The notes beneath the pieces are model-generated. The model saw only the letters and a list, made by a program, of their open reading frames with translations. It did not search any database and was not told the DNA's origin. A stretch of 63,507 bases of DNA from Candidatus Omnitrophota bacterium (GTDB lineage: Bacteria > Omnitrophota > Gorgyraeia > JAHIPI01). The stretch lies in the NCBI GenBank assembly GCA_043800065.1, contig JAZDNG010000039.1, positions 1-63,507 on the forward strand, in the 5' to 3' direction. Position numbers and translations under genes: made by a program. Below are positions 18,536 to 28,096 of the stretch, piece by piece; the stretch's first letter is position 1, and each line of letters opens with the position of its first letter.

Positions 18536-19525
18536 ATGAGAATAGCTATTGACGGCATGGGTGGTGACCGAGCCCCACAGGTCGTAGTAGACGGCGTGGT
18601 GGCGGCGGCAAGAGAATACGATTATGACATGGTCCTTGTCGGCGATAAGACCATATTGCGAAGAGAGCTTTCCAGGTATAAAAGGTATCCGGATAATATA
18701 TTCATAGAGCACGCCCCGGAAGTTGTCTTAATGGACGAACCTCCTGCAATATCGGTAAGAAAAAAGAGAAATTCATCGATAGCTATTGGCATAGATCTTC
18801 TGAAAAACGGGGAAGCCGATGCCTTTGTATGCGCAGGTAATACCGGAGCGGTAGTCTGCTCCGCCACTTTGGGGCTTGGGCTTCTGCCCGGGATAGAGCG
18901 GCCGGGAATATCCATAGTGTTTCCTACTTTTAAAGGCGTTTCAATGATGATAGACGTAGGCGCCAATATAGACCCGAAGCCGTTGCACCTCTTGCATTAC
19001 GGCATAATGGGCGATGCGTACAGCAAATATATATTAAATAAATCGAAACCGATGATCGGCCTTCTTAGTATAGGCGAAGAGGCCACAAAAGGGACCGATT
19101 TTATCAAGGAGACCCACAAGCTTCTGGATGACAGCAGATTGAATTTTATAGGCAATGTTGAAGGCCGCGACGTGTTTACCGGAAGGTGCGACGTTGTCCT
19201 TTGCGACGGTTTCGTCGGAAACGTCGTATTAAAAGTTGCCGAGGGCATAGGAGGAGCGATTACAAAACTTCTTAAAAGTCAGATAAAAAACAGCGTTCTT
19301 GCTAAAATAGGCGCTTTAATGAGTAAGCCCGCCTTTCTAAGGCTTTGGAAAGACCTCGATTATTCCGAGTACGGAGGCGCGCCGCTTCTCGGCGTAGCCG
19401 GCCATGTGATCATAAGCCACGGGTCCTCAAGCGCAAAGGCGATAAAGAATGCCATAAGGAGAGGCGCGGAATATAAGGAGAATGAATTAAACAAGCGTAT
19501 AGTGGAAGAGCTGGAGAGCTACTAA
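18536..19525 (+). CDS. plsX: Phosphate acyltransferase PlsX
   Basis: MRIAIDGMGGDRAP N-terminus and GNVEG, GAPLLGV, ISHGSS motifs. Confidence 0.93.
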   Translation: MRIAIDGMGGDRAPQVVVDGVVAAAREYDYDMVLVGDKTILRRELSRYKRYPDNIFIEHAPEVVLMDEPPAISVRKKRNSSIAIGIDLLKNGEADAFVCAGNTGAVVCSATLGLGLLPGIERPGISIVFPTFKGVSMMIDVGANIDPKPLHLLHYGIMGDAYSKYILNKSKPMIGLLSIGEEATKGTDFIKETHKLLDDSRLNFIGNVEGRDVFTGRCDVVLCDGFVGNVVLKVAEGIGGAITKLLKSQIKNSVLAKIGALMSKPAFLRLWKDLDYSEYGGAPLLGVAGHVIISHGSSSAKAIKNAIRRGAEYKENELNKRIVEELESY

Positions 19526-19547
19526 CCAAGCATAACTTATCCACAGG

Positions 19548-19573
19548 GTAGCGGACGTTTAAACGTCCGCTAC
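19548..19573. repeat. GTAG...CTAC 26-nt perfect palindrome (REP-like, copy b)
   Basis: GTAGCGGACGTTTAAACGTCCGCTAC, 23 nt after the plsX stop. Confidence 0.75.
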
Positions 19574-19582
19574 TAATATCAA

Positions 19583-20584
19583 ATGAAAAAAAGAAAAGCG
19601 GCAAAAAATCAGAGAGTCGGTATAATAGGAGTTGGAAAATTTGTCCCCACCAGAGTCCTGACAAATGCCGACATCGAAAAAATGGTGGAGACCTCGAATG
19701 AGTGGATAATTACGCGAACGGGCATAAAAGAACGGCGGATCGCCGGAGAGGGTATTGCCGCGGCTTTTATGGGTTCCGAGGCCGCAAAGGAAGCGATCGA
19801 GAATGCCCACTTAAGCGCCGAAAATATAGACCTGATAATAACAGCTACAATAACCCCCGATATGCAGTTTCCTTCTACGGCATGCCTCATACAGAACAGG
19901 CTCGGCGCGGTAAACGCCACGTGTTTTGACATAAGCGCCGCCTGCGCAGGATATGTTTATGGCATAGCCATAGCCGAGCAATTTATAAAATCCGGCATGT
20001 ACCGTAATGCGCTTGTCATAGGTTCCGAGAAGATGTCGTCTGTTACGGATTGGAAGGACAGAAATACCTGCGTTTTATTGGGAGATGGCGCTGGCGCGTG
20101 TGTTATGAGTAAAGTAAAGACAGGAGGCATACTGTCGGTTTATTTGGGTTCGGACGGCAGAAACGCGCCTCTCTTAGAAATGCCGGCCGGCGGTTCACTC
20201 AGGCCGGCTACCCACGAAACAATAGATGAGAGATTGCACTATATGAAGATGAGCGGTGGGGAGCTGTTCAAGGAGGCCGTAAAGATAATGGCAGATGCCG
20301 GCAATAAGGCCATGGCCTTAAGCGGCATTAAATGCGGCGAAGTGGACCTTGTCATTCCGCACCAGGCAAATATGAGGATATTGATGGCGGTCGCGAAGAG
20401 GATGAACCTGCCGCCGTCAAAAGTATACTTAAATATAGAGCGATACGGTAATATGTCAAGCGCATCAACCGCGGTTGCGCTCACCGAGGCTGTTCAGGAA
20501 GGCAGGATTAAAAAAGGCAATAAGATAGTCTTAGATGCATTCGGCGCAGGCCTTGTCTGGGGCGCCATCGTAATAGAGTGGTGA
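19583..20584 (+). CDS. fabH: 3-oxoacyl-ACP synthase III FabH
   Basis: Active-site context ISAACAGY, HQANMRI, GNMSSAS and a GAGLVWGA C-terminus. Confidence 0.93.
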   Translation: MKKRKAAKNQRVGIIGVGKFVPTRVLTNADIEKMVETSNEWIITRTGIKERRIAGEGIAAAFMGSEAAKEAIENAHLSAENIDLIITATITPDMQFPSTACLIQNRLGAVNATCFDISAACAGYVYGIAIAEQFIKSGMYRNALVIGSEKMSSVTDWKDRNTCVLLGDGAGACVMSKVKTGGILSVYLGSDGRNAPLLEMPAGGSLRPATHETIDERLHYMKMSGGELFKEAVKIMADAGNKAMALSGIKCGEVDLVIPHQANMRILMAVAKRMNLPPSKVYLNIERYGNMSSASTAVALTEAVQEGRIKKGNKIVLDAFGAGLVWGAIVIEW

Positions 20585-20586
20585 CA

Positions 20587-21498
20587 ATGTCCAAAGTAGC
20601 GTTTATATTTCCGGGCCAGGGCGCTCAGTATGTAGGGATGGGCAAAGATCTTTACGATTCATTTCCCGCCGCTAAAGAAATATTCCTTAAAGCTAATGAT
20701 GTACTAGGTTTTAACATAGCGAAATTGTGCTTTGAAGGCCCCGCCGAAGAATTAACCACTACCAAAAACAGCCAGCCGGCTATACTTGTGATGAGCATAG
20801 CGGCTTTGCGCGCATTTCAATCATCCAAGGGAAAAGATATAACACCTTCGGTATGCGCCGGCCTGAGCCTGGGAGAATACTCCGCGCTTGTGGCGGCAGG
20901 ATGCATATCTTTTAAAGACGCAGTCGGGCTTGTCAGGCGAAGAGGCGAGCTTATGGAAGAAGCGGCATTGGAAAATCCCGGAAAGATGGCCGCCATTATA
21001 GGCCCTGAACTAGGAGCAGTTGAGGATGTAACTAAAAATGCCGGATGCGAGATCGCCAACCTAAACTGTCCCGGACAGGTTATTATATCAGGCACGATAG
21101 AAGCAGTCGATAATGCGATGGAAGTTGCCAAGGCGTCTCTTCAGGCAAAATGCATACCACTCGCCGTAAGCGGGGCATTTCACTCTTCGCTTATGACTAA
21201 AGCGAGTGATAAATTGAAAGAAGAACTCGCAAAAATCAAATTTACTAAACCGCAGGTTCCATTTATCAGCAATGTTACAGCTGCCTACCTGAGCGACCCC
21301 GGCTCCATAAAAGAAAATTTGGCACTCCAGGTCAATCACCGCACATTATGGGAACGCTCTATCCGCCTTATGATAAGGGATTGCATTAATGACTTTTATG
21401 AGATCGGACCGGGTAAAGTATTAAAAGGCCTCCTAAAAAAAATTGATAAAGATCTCAATAGTCACAACATAGAAACAGCCACTGACTTATCGGCTTAA
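20587..21498 (+). CDS. fabD: Malonyl-CoA:ACP transacylase FabD
   Basis: Start trimmed to the ATG at 20587 (MSKVAFIFPGQGAQYVGMG). Contains the GLSLGEYSAL nucleophile elbow and AFHS. Confidence 0.92.
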   Translation: MSKVAFIFPGQGAQYVGMGKDLYDSFPAAKEIFLKANDVLGFNIAKLCFEGPAEELTTTKNSQPAILVMSIAALRAFQSSKGKDITPSVCAGLSLGEYSALVAAGCISFKDAVGLVRRRGELMEEAALENPGKMAAIIGPELGAVEDVTKNAGCEIANLNCPGQVIISGTIEAVDNAMEVAKASLQAKCIPLAVSGAFHSSLMTKASDKLKEELAKIKFTKPQVPFISNVTAAYLSDPGSIKENLALQVNHRTLWERSIRLMIRDCINDFYEIGPGKVLKGLLKKIDKDLNSHNIETATDLSA

Positions 21499-21563
21499 TG
21501 TAATGATGCGAAAAAGAAGCGGCCTCGCTAAGTAGTTATGTATAAGGGGTCGGGAATCGAATA

Positions 21564-22805
21564 GTGAGCATTTATAAGCCTCCCCACAGCTCTATTATGA
21601 ATATCTCATTGCGGTTAATAATAATAAGCCTTATCCTGTGGTCCGTAGTATCGGTGTATATTATGCTTCCTCAGGAAGGGCAATTTATGAAGTCCGCTGA
21701 TGAAGGATATTATTTTAAATATGCAAGTCTGATTTTAAAGAATGGCATAACAGAATTTCCTTCTCTGATAGAATGGTATACTGGAAACGAAGAAGCGCAG
21801 TTGCATCCAAACCCTTCAAGGGTCGGTTATATTTTGTTTATCGCTTTGTCCTTTAAGATATTCGGTATCAGCTTTACATCGTTAGCTCAAGTTTCTTTTT
21901 TGTCATTTTTTTTATTTTTAGTCGTATCTTTTTATTTCAGCAATAAACATTTTGGCAAAAATACGGCTTTAATATATACCTTATTTTTATCATCCTCTCC
22001 TTTGATAATGGCTATGGCCAGGCGGGCATTATCGGACAGTTGCGGAAATCTATTTTATGCGCTAACCATATGGTTATTTTTTGACTTTTTAACGCAGAAT
22101 AATAAAATAAAATACAGCATTTTTTTACTGGCATACGCTTTATGTATAATGGTAAGAGAATCTTCTTTAGTGTTGTTGCCATTTTTTGCCGGCTTTTTTT
22201 GTTTATATAAATACGCATATAAAAGAAAAATTTCGCATCTTTATTTATGGGGCATTATGCTGATCCCCGTTTCAATCGTCGGTATATGTTATTTAATATT
22301 GTTCGCCGGTTTTAAAAATATGGCCCTTTTTATAGAAACATTATTTGGAATCCATTTCGGCGTCCAGGACAGTCAGTATGCTATTTTATTCTGTGGCGGC
22401 CCCTGGTATAGATATATTGTGGATTATATGGTGCTCGAACCTTTGACAATGTGTCTTTTTATTGGATATTTTATATATATTTTGCTAATAAAGAAATTCG
22501 ATTTTAAAACCATGTTCTTTGTTATATATTTTACTATAGTATTTCTGATTATGGGGAATCTACAGTATACAAAAGTATTGCGTCTCGTAATAAATTTAGA
22601 TATGGTCATCAATCTTTTTGCAGTATGGGCAATTTACGAATTGTTCAAACAGAAAAACAAAAATTATCAAAATTACTTTGTTTTTATATTTTCCATGATA
22701 ATTTTTATCGCAAATTACCTTACTTTTTTAGATCTCTTTATATGTAAAGAAATCTACGACCCAGTTAGTTATTGGCTATTAAAAGCAAGAGGATTTATAC
22801 CATGA
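21564..22805 (+). CDS. Polytopic GT-C type membrane glycosyltransferase (GT39/ArnT-like), tentative
   Basis: More than 10 predicted hydrophobic helices. DEGYY acidic motif in the first extracytoplasmic loop. Visibly AT-rich relative to the flanks. The start is uncertain (GTG 21564 or ATG 21597). Confidence 0.5.
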   Translation: MSIYKPPHSSIMNISLRLIIISLILWSVVSVYIMLPQEGQFMKSADEGYYFKYASLILKNGITEFPSLIEWYTGNEEAQLHPNPSRVGYILFIALSFKIFGISFTSLAQVSFLSFFLFLVVSFYFSNKHFGKNTALIYTLFLSSSPLIMAMARRALSDSCGNLFYALTIWLFFDFLTQNNKIKYSIFLLAYALCIMVRESSLVLLPFFAGFFCLYKYAYKRKISHLYLWGIMLIPVSIVGICYLILFAGFKNMALFIETLFGIHFGVQDSQYAILFCGGPWYRYIVDYMVLEPLTMCLFIGYFIYILLIKKFDFKTMFFVIYFTIVFLIMGNLQYTKVLRLVINLDMVINLFAVWAIYELFKQKNKNYQNYFVFIFSMIIFIANYLTFLDLFICKEIYDPVSYWLLKARGFIP

Positions 22806-22894
22806 GAGTTACTTTTGCGCATACTCGCATTGAATGAAATAAAAGGCATAAAATCTATACTGTCTCCGGCCTCAAATAAATAGGATACCGGTAT

Positions 22895-24883
22895 TTGAGA
22901 AAATACATTCTTATTATAATTCTGCTAAGCATTGCCGTATACGCCAATTCCGCTTTTAACGGTTTCGTATGGGATGACGAATTTCTTATTACTAAGAATC
23001 CCTCCATAATGTCCTGGAATTACGCGTGGATACATTTCGTATTGGACCTGTATCATTCTTTCTCTAATTATTACCGGCCCGCACAGATGATAACCTATAT
23101 GGTAGATTTCTCTTTTTGGCGGCTGGATCCTTTTGGGTATCACTGTACCAATATATTGCTTCATGCCATTTTATCGGTATTATTTTTTCTGTTTTTATTT
23201 TTAATATCCAAAGACAAGAGGATAGCGTTTGTAGGCGCTCTTTTTTATGCCGTCCATCCGGCGAATACGGGCGCAGTTGCATACATAGCGGGAAGGGCCG
23301 ACATCCTTGCGGCTATTTTTATGCTCGTATCATTTATCTTTTTTGACGCGCATTTTAAAGCCGCAAATCCCGGAAAAGCAGTGCGTTATTATTTTGCGTC
23401 GCTATTTTTTTTCCTTTTAGCGCTCTTATCGAAGGAAGCGGCGGTGATCATTCCCGCGCTCATATTCTTATATAGGATATTTTTTATAAGTGACGCCGAA
23501 ACGGAAAAAAGCAGAAGGATTATAAAATTCCATTATATATCGTGGTTTTTAATAATAACAGGCGTATATCTCATCCTGCGCTCGTACGCCTTGAATTTTC
23601 AGGAACTCGGCCTTTTCGAAAGTAAATATACGCTATATTCCAGATCGCTGACGTTTATCGAATCGCTCATGATATATATCGGCATAATATTTTTTCCCGT
23701 CGGGCTTCACATGGAGCGGAGCATAGATTACGCCGCGTCTTTTTGGGATAAAGGGGTTTTACTTTCGCTCATCGGGTTTCTACTTTTGATCTGGGCGGCG
23801 ATGCGGATAAAAAAAATCTCCAAGGAAGCATGCTTCGGATTAATATTTTTCTTTGTATCGCTCCTGCCCGTCAGCAATATATTTCCCATGAATAGCAACG
23901 TGGCCGAACATTGGCTTTATATGCCGCTTATGGGGATGGCAATATCGGTCTCCTTCCTCGGCATCTATCTGTGGGATAATAAGGCAGCTTTGCGGCCGTT
24001 ACTTGCGTTTTTCTTTGTAGGCTATCTTATTTTCTTTTCCTACCAGACGGTCGACCGGAATTTCGACTGGAAGGATAACTTTACTATCTACAGCCACACT
24101 TTAAGATATTCGCCCGACAGCATAAAGATGCTTAATAATATAGGTAATCTATACCACGCTAAAAGGGATTTTAAAAAGTCGCTTGAATTTCACAAGAAAG
24201 CAGTGGCCGCAAACCCACACGAACATAGGACGCGCGTGAACCTCGGTATAACCTACGAAGATATGGGAGATACCGACGAGGCCCTCAGGCAATACCAGAT
24301 AAGCATAGATTTCAGGCCGGATTACGCGCTGGCTTATCTGCATATAGGAAACATATATTTAAAGAAAGAGGATATCAAAAAGGCCGCGCTGTTTTTTAAG
24401 ATAGCGGTAAAATACGACGAGTTTAATATAGATGCGCGCAATAAACTCGGTAACATATATTTTGACGAAGGATTCTACGAAAAGGCCATGGGAGCTTATA
24501 ATAAGATATTGGAGATAGATCCTTATGCTCCCGGCGCGCACAATAATCTGGCAAATGCGCTTAGCAGGCTGGGGGAGAAGGATAAGGCTATCGAAGAATA
24601 CAAAAAAGCAATAGAATTGGATCCCGAGAACCCGGAATATTTCTTTAACCTGGGGACAGAATACGGCAAGGAAGGGATGTACGACGAAGCGATGGAGGCG
24701 TTAAAAGATGCGCACCGGCTAAACCCGAGATATGTGCCTGCTTTGCTAAATCTAGGCACAGCTTATTTCCAAAAAGGTGAATTTGTTTCTGCCAAAAAAG
24801 AATGGAAGAAGGTCCTGATCATAGATCCCCAGAATACCCTCGCACAAGATTATTTGAAGAAGATTGAAGCAGAAGTCGAGTAG
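22895..24883 (+). CDS. TMTC-like membrane glycosyltransferase domain fused to C-terminal TPR repeats
   Basis: N-terminal FVWDDEFLITKNP and YYRPAQMITY motifs (DUF1736/PMT_2-like), then about 10 TM helices. The C-terminal third holds about 7 TPR units (LGNIYHAKRDFKKSLEFHKKAV and similar). Confidence 0.7.
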   Translation: MRKYILIIILLSIAVYANSAFNGFVWDDEFLITKNPSIMSWNYAWIHFVLDLYHSFSNYYRPAQMITYMVDFSFWRLDPFGYHCTNILLHAILSVLFFLFLFLISKDKRIAFVGALFYAVHPANTGAVAYIAGRADILAAIFMLVSFIFFDAHFKAANPGKAVRYYFASLFFFLLALLSKEAAVIIPALIFLYRIFFISDAETEKSRRIIKFHYISWFLIITGVYLILRSYALNFQELGLFESKYTLYSRSLTFIESLMIYIGIIFFPVGLHMERSIDYAASFWDKGVLLSLIGFLLLIWAAMRIKKISKEACFGLIFFFVSLLPVSNIFPMNSNVAEHWLYMPLMGMAISVSFLGIYLWDNKAALRPLLAFFFVGYLIFFSYQTVDRNFDWKDNFTIYSHTLRYSPDSIKMLNNIGNLYHAKRDFKKSLEFHKKAVAANPHEHRTRVNLGITYEDMGDTDEALRQYQISIDFRPDYALAYLHIGNIYLKKEDIKKAALFFKIAVKYDEFNIDARNKLGNIYFDEGFYEKAMGAYNKILEIDPYAPGAHNNLANALSRLGEKDKAIEEYKKAIELDPENPEYFFNLGTEYGKEGMYDEAMEALKDAHRLNPRYVPALLNLGTAYFQKGEFVSAKKEWKKVLIIDPQNTLAQDYLKKIEAEVE

Positions 24884-24905
24884 CGGAGGTTTAAACCTCC
24901 GCTAC
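24880..24905. repeat. GTAG...CTAC 26-nt perfect palindrome (REP-like, copy c), containing the stop codon of the TPR gene
   Basis: GTAGCGGAGGTTTAAACCTCCGCTAC. The TAG of GTAG is the stop codon (24881-24883). Confidence 0.75.
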
Positions 24906-24913
24906 TCCAGCTC

Positions 24914-24971
24914 GGATCCTCGGCTTACGCCTCGGGATCAAGTCAAAATATGCAAAAAGCAGATTTTGACT
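24914..24971. repeat. Composite hairpins: CCTCGG...CCTCGGG type followed by AGTCAAAAT...ATTTTGACT
   Basis: GGATCCTCGGC-TTAC-GCCTCGGGATC (UC/UC internal loop), then a 9-bp stem AGTCAAAAT/ATTTTGACT. The same two-module layout occurs at 59116-59189 and 63227-63302. Confidence 0.55.
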
Positions 24972-25108
24972 TGACAAACCGTATAAAACCATTATACTTT
25001 ATATTACTGAAAAGCAATAAAATGCATTTTAGTTAATTATATGCATTTTAAGAGTAAGTAGTGTAAAAATACATAAAACGGTATAAAACAAGATAAATCT
25101 ATAATAAT

Positions 25109-25164
25109 CGCCCCTCGACGCACTTGGTTCGACTGTGCTCACCACAAGTCGTTTGCTCGGGGCG
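25109..25164. repeat. CCCCTCGACGC...TTGCTCGGGGCG hairpin (copy of the 59120 element with covarying interior)
   Basis: It shares the 12-nt 5' end and 13-nt 3' end with 59119-59170. The interiors differ (CACTTGG/CCACAAGT versus GCTCGC/GCGAGC) but remain self-complementary. TATAAT at 25100-25105 abuts it. Confidence 0.6.
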
Positions 25165-25219
25165 ATACTGAGCGGTTCTGCCTTAGCGGAACCGTCGAAT
25201 GTATCGCAAAGCAGGGAAC

Positions 25220-25414
25220 ATGGAAAAGACATTCTTCACAGTTCAAGAATTGGCCGAATATCTCAGGATGAAGCCGATTACTATATATAAGCATGCTTCC
25301 CGCGGAGACCTGCCGGGGTTTAAGGTGGGCGCGACGTGGAGATTTAAGAAATCTTCTATAGACAAATGGATTGACGAACAGGAGAGAAACATAACTAAAA
25401 ACAGCGCAAATTAA
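25220..25414 (+). CDS. Excisionase-type (MerR-superfamily HTH_17) DNA-binding protein
   Basis: Start trimmed to MEKTFFTVQELAEYLRMKPITIYKHASRGDLPGFKVGATWRF, the canonical helix-turn-helix_17 pattern. Confidence 0.75.
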   Translation: MEKTFFTVQELAEYLRMKPITIYKHASRGDLPGFKVGATWRFKKSSIDKWIDEQERNITKNSAN

Positions 25415-25422
25415 ATCATAAG

Positions 25423-26214
25423 ATGCCGAGCATAAAAGATACCCTAAAGGGACTTATGGATAAGTTGTATCCGCCTCGTAAATTTTCGAAAAGGCATGCT
25501 GACGTAGTGCAAAAAGAGAAGATGGCCTTTTTAGAGATGCTCGCCTCGGCAATTAATCATGAAATAGCCAATCCCCTTAGCATAGCAAGAGGCCAGTGCG
25601 AGGCATTTGTTTTAAGCTGGAAAGAGGGGCTGTATAAGGATAAATCTAAAGAAGAGGTTATAGAAAATAGTATCCGCATAATGGAGAGGGTTATACAAGA
25701 GGCCGACCGCATATCGGACATAACCAAGAGACTGACGGATTTTGTAAAATCCGGAAAAGCTACAAAGCCCCAGCCGGTTTATGTTATTGAGGAGATTGAC
25801 GAAGTACTTACCTTCCTAAATGCGGAGATAAAGCTTTCCGACATTCAGATTATAAAAGATATACCGCCAGGTTTACCACCCATAAGAGCCGACAAAAAAC
25901 ATATCCAGCAGATATTCTTTAATATAATAAAAAACGCAGCGCAGGCGCTTGGGGATACGCGCAGGATAGAGATGAGAGGATGGCGTGACGGCGCGGGGCT
26001 GTTTTTTGAGATTAAAGATACGGGTTCGGGCATAAAAGAAGAGGATTTAGATAAGATATTCATTCCTTTTTTTACTACAAAACCAAACGGAACGGGACTG
26101 GGGCTTTTTATAGTCAAGCAACTGACGGAGATAAACAAAGGCAGTGTGAGCATTGATAGTAAAGCCGGAACGGGCACTTCTTTCGTATTGCGTTTTCCGG
26201 CAGGCGGAGAGTAA
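25423..26214 (+). CDS. Soluble sensor histidine kinase (HisKA + HATPase_c)
   Basis: H-box SAINHEIANPL. N box NIIKNAAQA, G1 DTGSGI, G2 GTGLGL. No TM segments. Confidence 0.85.
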   Translation: MPSIKDTLKGLMDKLYPPRKFSKRHADVVQKEKMAFLEMLASAINHEIANPLSIARGQCEAFVLSWKEGLYKDKSKEEVIENSIRIMERVIQEADRISDITKRLTDFVKSGKATKPQPVYVIEEIDEVLTFLNAEIKLSDIQIIKDIPPGLPPIRADKKHIQQIFFNIIKNAAQALGDTRRIEMRGWRDGAGLFFEIKDTGSGIKEEDLDKIFIPFFTTKPNGTGLGLFIVKQLTEINKGSVSIDSKAGTGTSFVLRFPAGGE

Positions 26215-26215
26215 T

Positions 26216-26611
26216 ATGACCAGGATACTGCTTGTCGACGACGAATGGGACGTTTGCGATTTCATGATGAGGTTTTTTGCGGAGAGGAATTTCCAAGTAT
26301 TTACCGCCACAAGCGGCAGTGATGCGATATTGATGGCCGAACGAGACAAGCCGCACATCGTCCTTCTGGATATCAGAATGAAGGATATAAGCGGCATAGA
26401 GGTACTTAAGAAGATAAGGCGCATAAGCAAAGATCCGAAGGTTGTGATGGTTACATGCGTCAGCGACCTTGATGCCATGAAAGAGGCGAAATCACTCGGC
26501 GCAACGGCCTACATAACGAAACCGCTTGTCTTGGCGAACCTCATGGAAGTTGTGATGTCGAACCTCGGCAGGCGCAGAAATTTCTTTAATTTCGGGAGGC
26601 ATATCAACTGA
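26216..26611 (+). CDS. Stand-alone response-regulator receiver (CheY-like)
   Basis: Start trimmed to MTRILLVDDE. Phospho-acceptor context VLLDIRM and conserved KP near the end. No output domain. Confidence 0.85.
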   Translation: MTRILLVDDEWDVCDFMMRFFAERNFQVFTATSGSDAILMAERDKPHIVLLDIRMKDISGIEVLKKIRRISKDPKVVMVTCVSDLDAMKEAKSLGATAYITKPLVLANLMEVVMSNLGRRRNFFNFGRHIN

Positions 26612-27981
26612 TGCACTCGGCGAACCAGGATTATAATAACTGGAGGGAGATAGAGGACCTGTTTTTTAATAAAGTCCTAAAAGAAGATACGGATAAAATA
26701 TCCCCTAACACAACCGCTTATATCCGGGACAAATATGCCGCAAAGCACGCCGGGCTTCATCAAGAGTTGAAGTTGGGCAGGGATTGTCAGGAGGTGCTAT
26801 TCAGCGCCTCCAGGAGCATGATAAGGTTCAAAAAACCTCAGCATCTCATAAGGATGATAAGCAAGATAATAAACGAAAAGATCGGCCTTATACATCTGGC
26901 AGTGTTCCTTTACGATAACGACAGACATTCTTATATTCTTGTAGACTCAAGGGGCGAAAAGGGCCTTAAGATGCCCGTAGGATATATACGACTTGACCCA
27001 AACAGCCCCATCATCGGCCTTTTTAGCGAAAGAAAGAATAAGTTTATTTCTGACAGCGGAACCGTCAGCTTCAAAGAGCTCAAATGGATACTGGAGAGTG
27101 GCCAGCTTCTTACAAAAGACGCGTCGTTCCATAATAAACTGAGATTGGTACTCAGGGAAATGGAATTATTGGATGCGGAGTTGTGCGTGCCATGCTTCTT
27201 CAAGAACGAACTCCTCGGTATATTGATCCTGGGCAAAAAGTCCTCCGGCAAGGATTTTCTTCGCGAAGAAATGAATCTATTCGCCACTTTAGCGAATGAT
27301 GCGGCAATGGCAATAGCAAACGCAAGGCTCATAGATAACTTGCGCAGGAAGGTAGATGAGGTAGAGCATTTATACGAGAGAGAGCACACTTTATTCATAA
27401 ATACTGCCATTGCTTTGGCCAGGGCCATAGATGCCCGCGATGCTTATACGCACGGCCATGCGGAACGCGTGACAAAGTATTGTATGGCGATAACCGAAGA
27501 ATTGGGCGGCGTGCCGGAAATGCGCGCGAACGGTAGATTTAAAGAGATGCTGCGTATCACTGCGCTTCTGCACGATATAGGAAAGATCGGCATACCCGAT
27601 TCTATCCTTAATAAGAAAGGAAAATTGAGCATTAAAGAGAAGGATATAGTAGAAAAGCACCCCGAAGTGGGGGCGTCTATCATATCGCCCATACCCGAGC
27701 TTAGCGAAGTATCGCGTTTTGTAAGGCTTCACCAGGAATGGTATAACGGCAATGGCTATCCGGACGGGTTAAAAAGAGACGAAATACCCATAGTAGCAAG
27801 GATTATAAGTGTGGCAGATGCCTTTGATGCTATTACTTCAGATAGGCCCTATAGAAAGCGAATAAGCAATAAAGCAGCTCTGGAAAAGATAAAAGAGCGC
27901 GCCGGCACGCAATTTGACCCCCACGTCGTAGAGGCATTCATAAGGGCATATGATGAGGGAAAGATTGATAGCGGAGAATAG
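26611..27981 (+). CDS. GAF-domain HD-GYP phosphodiesterase (c-di-GMP hydrolysis)
   Basis: HGHAERV, LLHDIGKIGIP, HQEWYNGNGYPDGL (GYP) and DAFDAITSDRPY. TGATG overlap with the receiver gene. Confidence 0.85.
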   Translation: MHSANQDYNNWREIEDLFFNKVLKEDTDKISPNTTAYIRDKYAAKHAGLHQELKLGRDCQEVLFSASRSMIRFKKPQHLIRMISKIINEKIGLIHLAVFLYDNDRHSYILVDSRGEKGLKMPVGYIRLDPNSPIIGLFSERKNKFISDSGTVSFKELKWILESGQLLTKDASFHNKLRLVLREMELLDAELCVPCFFKNELLGILILGKKSSGKDFLREEMNLFATLANDAAMAIANARLIDNLRRKVDEVEHLYEREHTLFINTAIALARAIDARDAYTHGHAERVTKYCMAITEELGGVPEMRANGRFKEMLRITALLHDIGKIGIPDSILNKKGKLSIKEKDIVEKHPEVGASIISPIPELSEVSRFVRLHQEWYNGNGYPDGLKRDEIPIVARIISVADAFDAITSDRPYRKRISNKAALEKIKERAGTQFDPHVVEAFIRAYDEGKIDSGE

Positions 27982-27993
27982 CAGAAAAACTGT

Positions 27994-28022
27994 TTGACAA
28001 ACCTTTATCTTTGTGTTAAATT
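27994..28022 (+). promoter_or_regulatory. Candidate sigma70 promoter for fabG
   Basis: TTGACA, 17-nt spacer, TAAATT with TGT extended -10. Confidence 0.5.
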
Positions 28023-28051
28023 TTTTGAATAAACATAATAAAAAGCTAAAG

Positions 28052-28080
28052 CCTCGTTAGGCCTTAAAAGGTCTAACGGG
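28052..28080. repeat. CCTCGTTAGGCC...GGTCTAACGGG hairpin (relative of the CCCCGTTAGAGA family)
   Basis: Arms are related to 13105-13134 and 39596-39663. It lies in the fabG 5' leader. Confidence 0.45.
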
Positions 28081-28096
28081 ATAAAGAGGCATTAAG

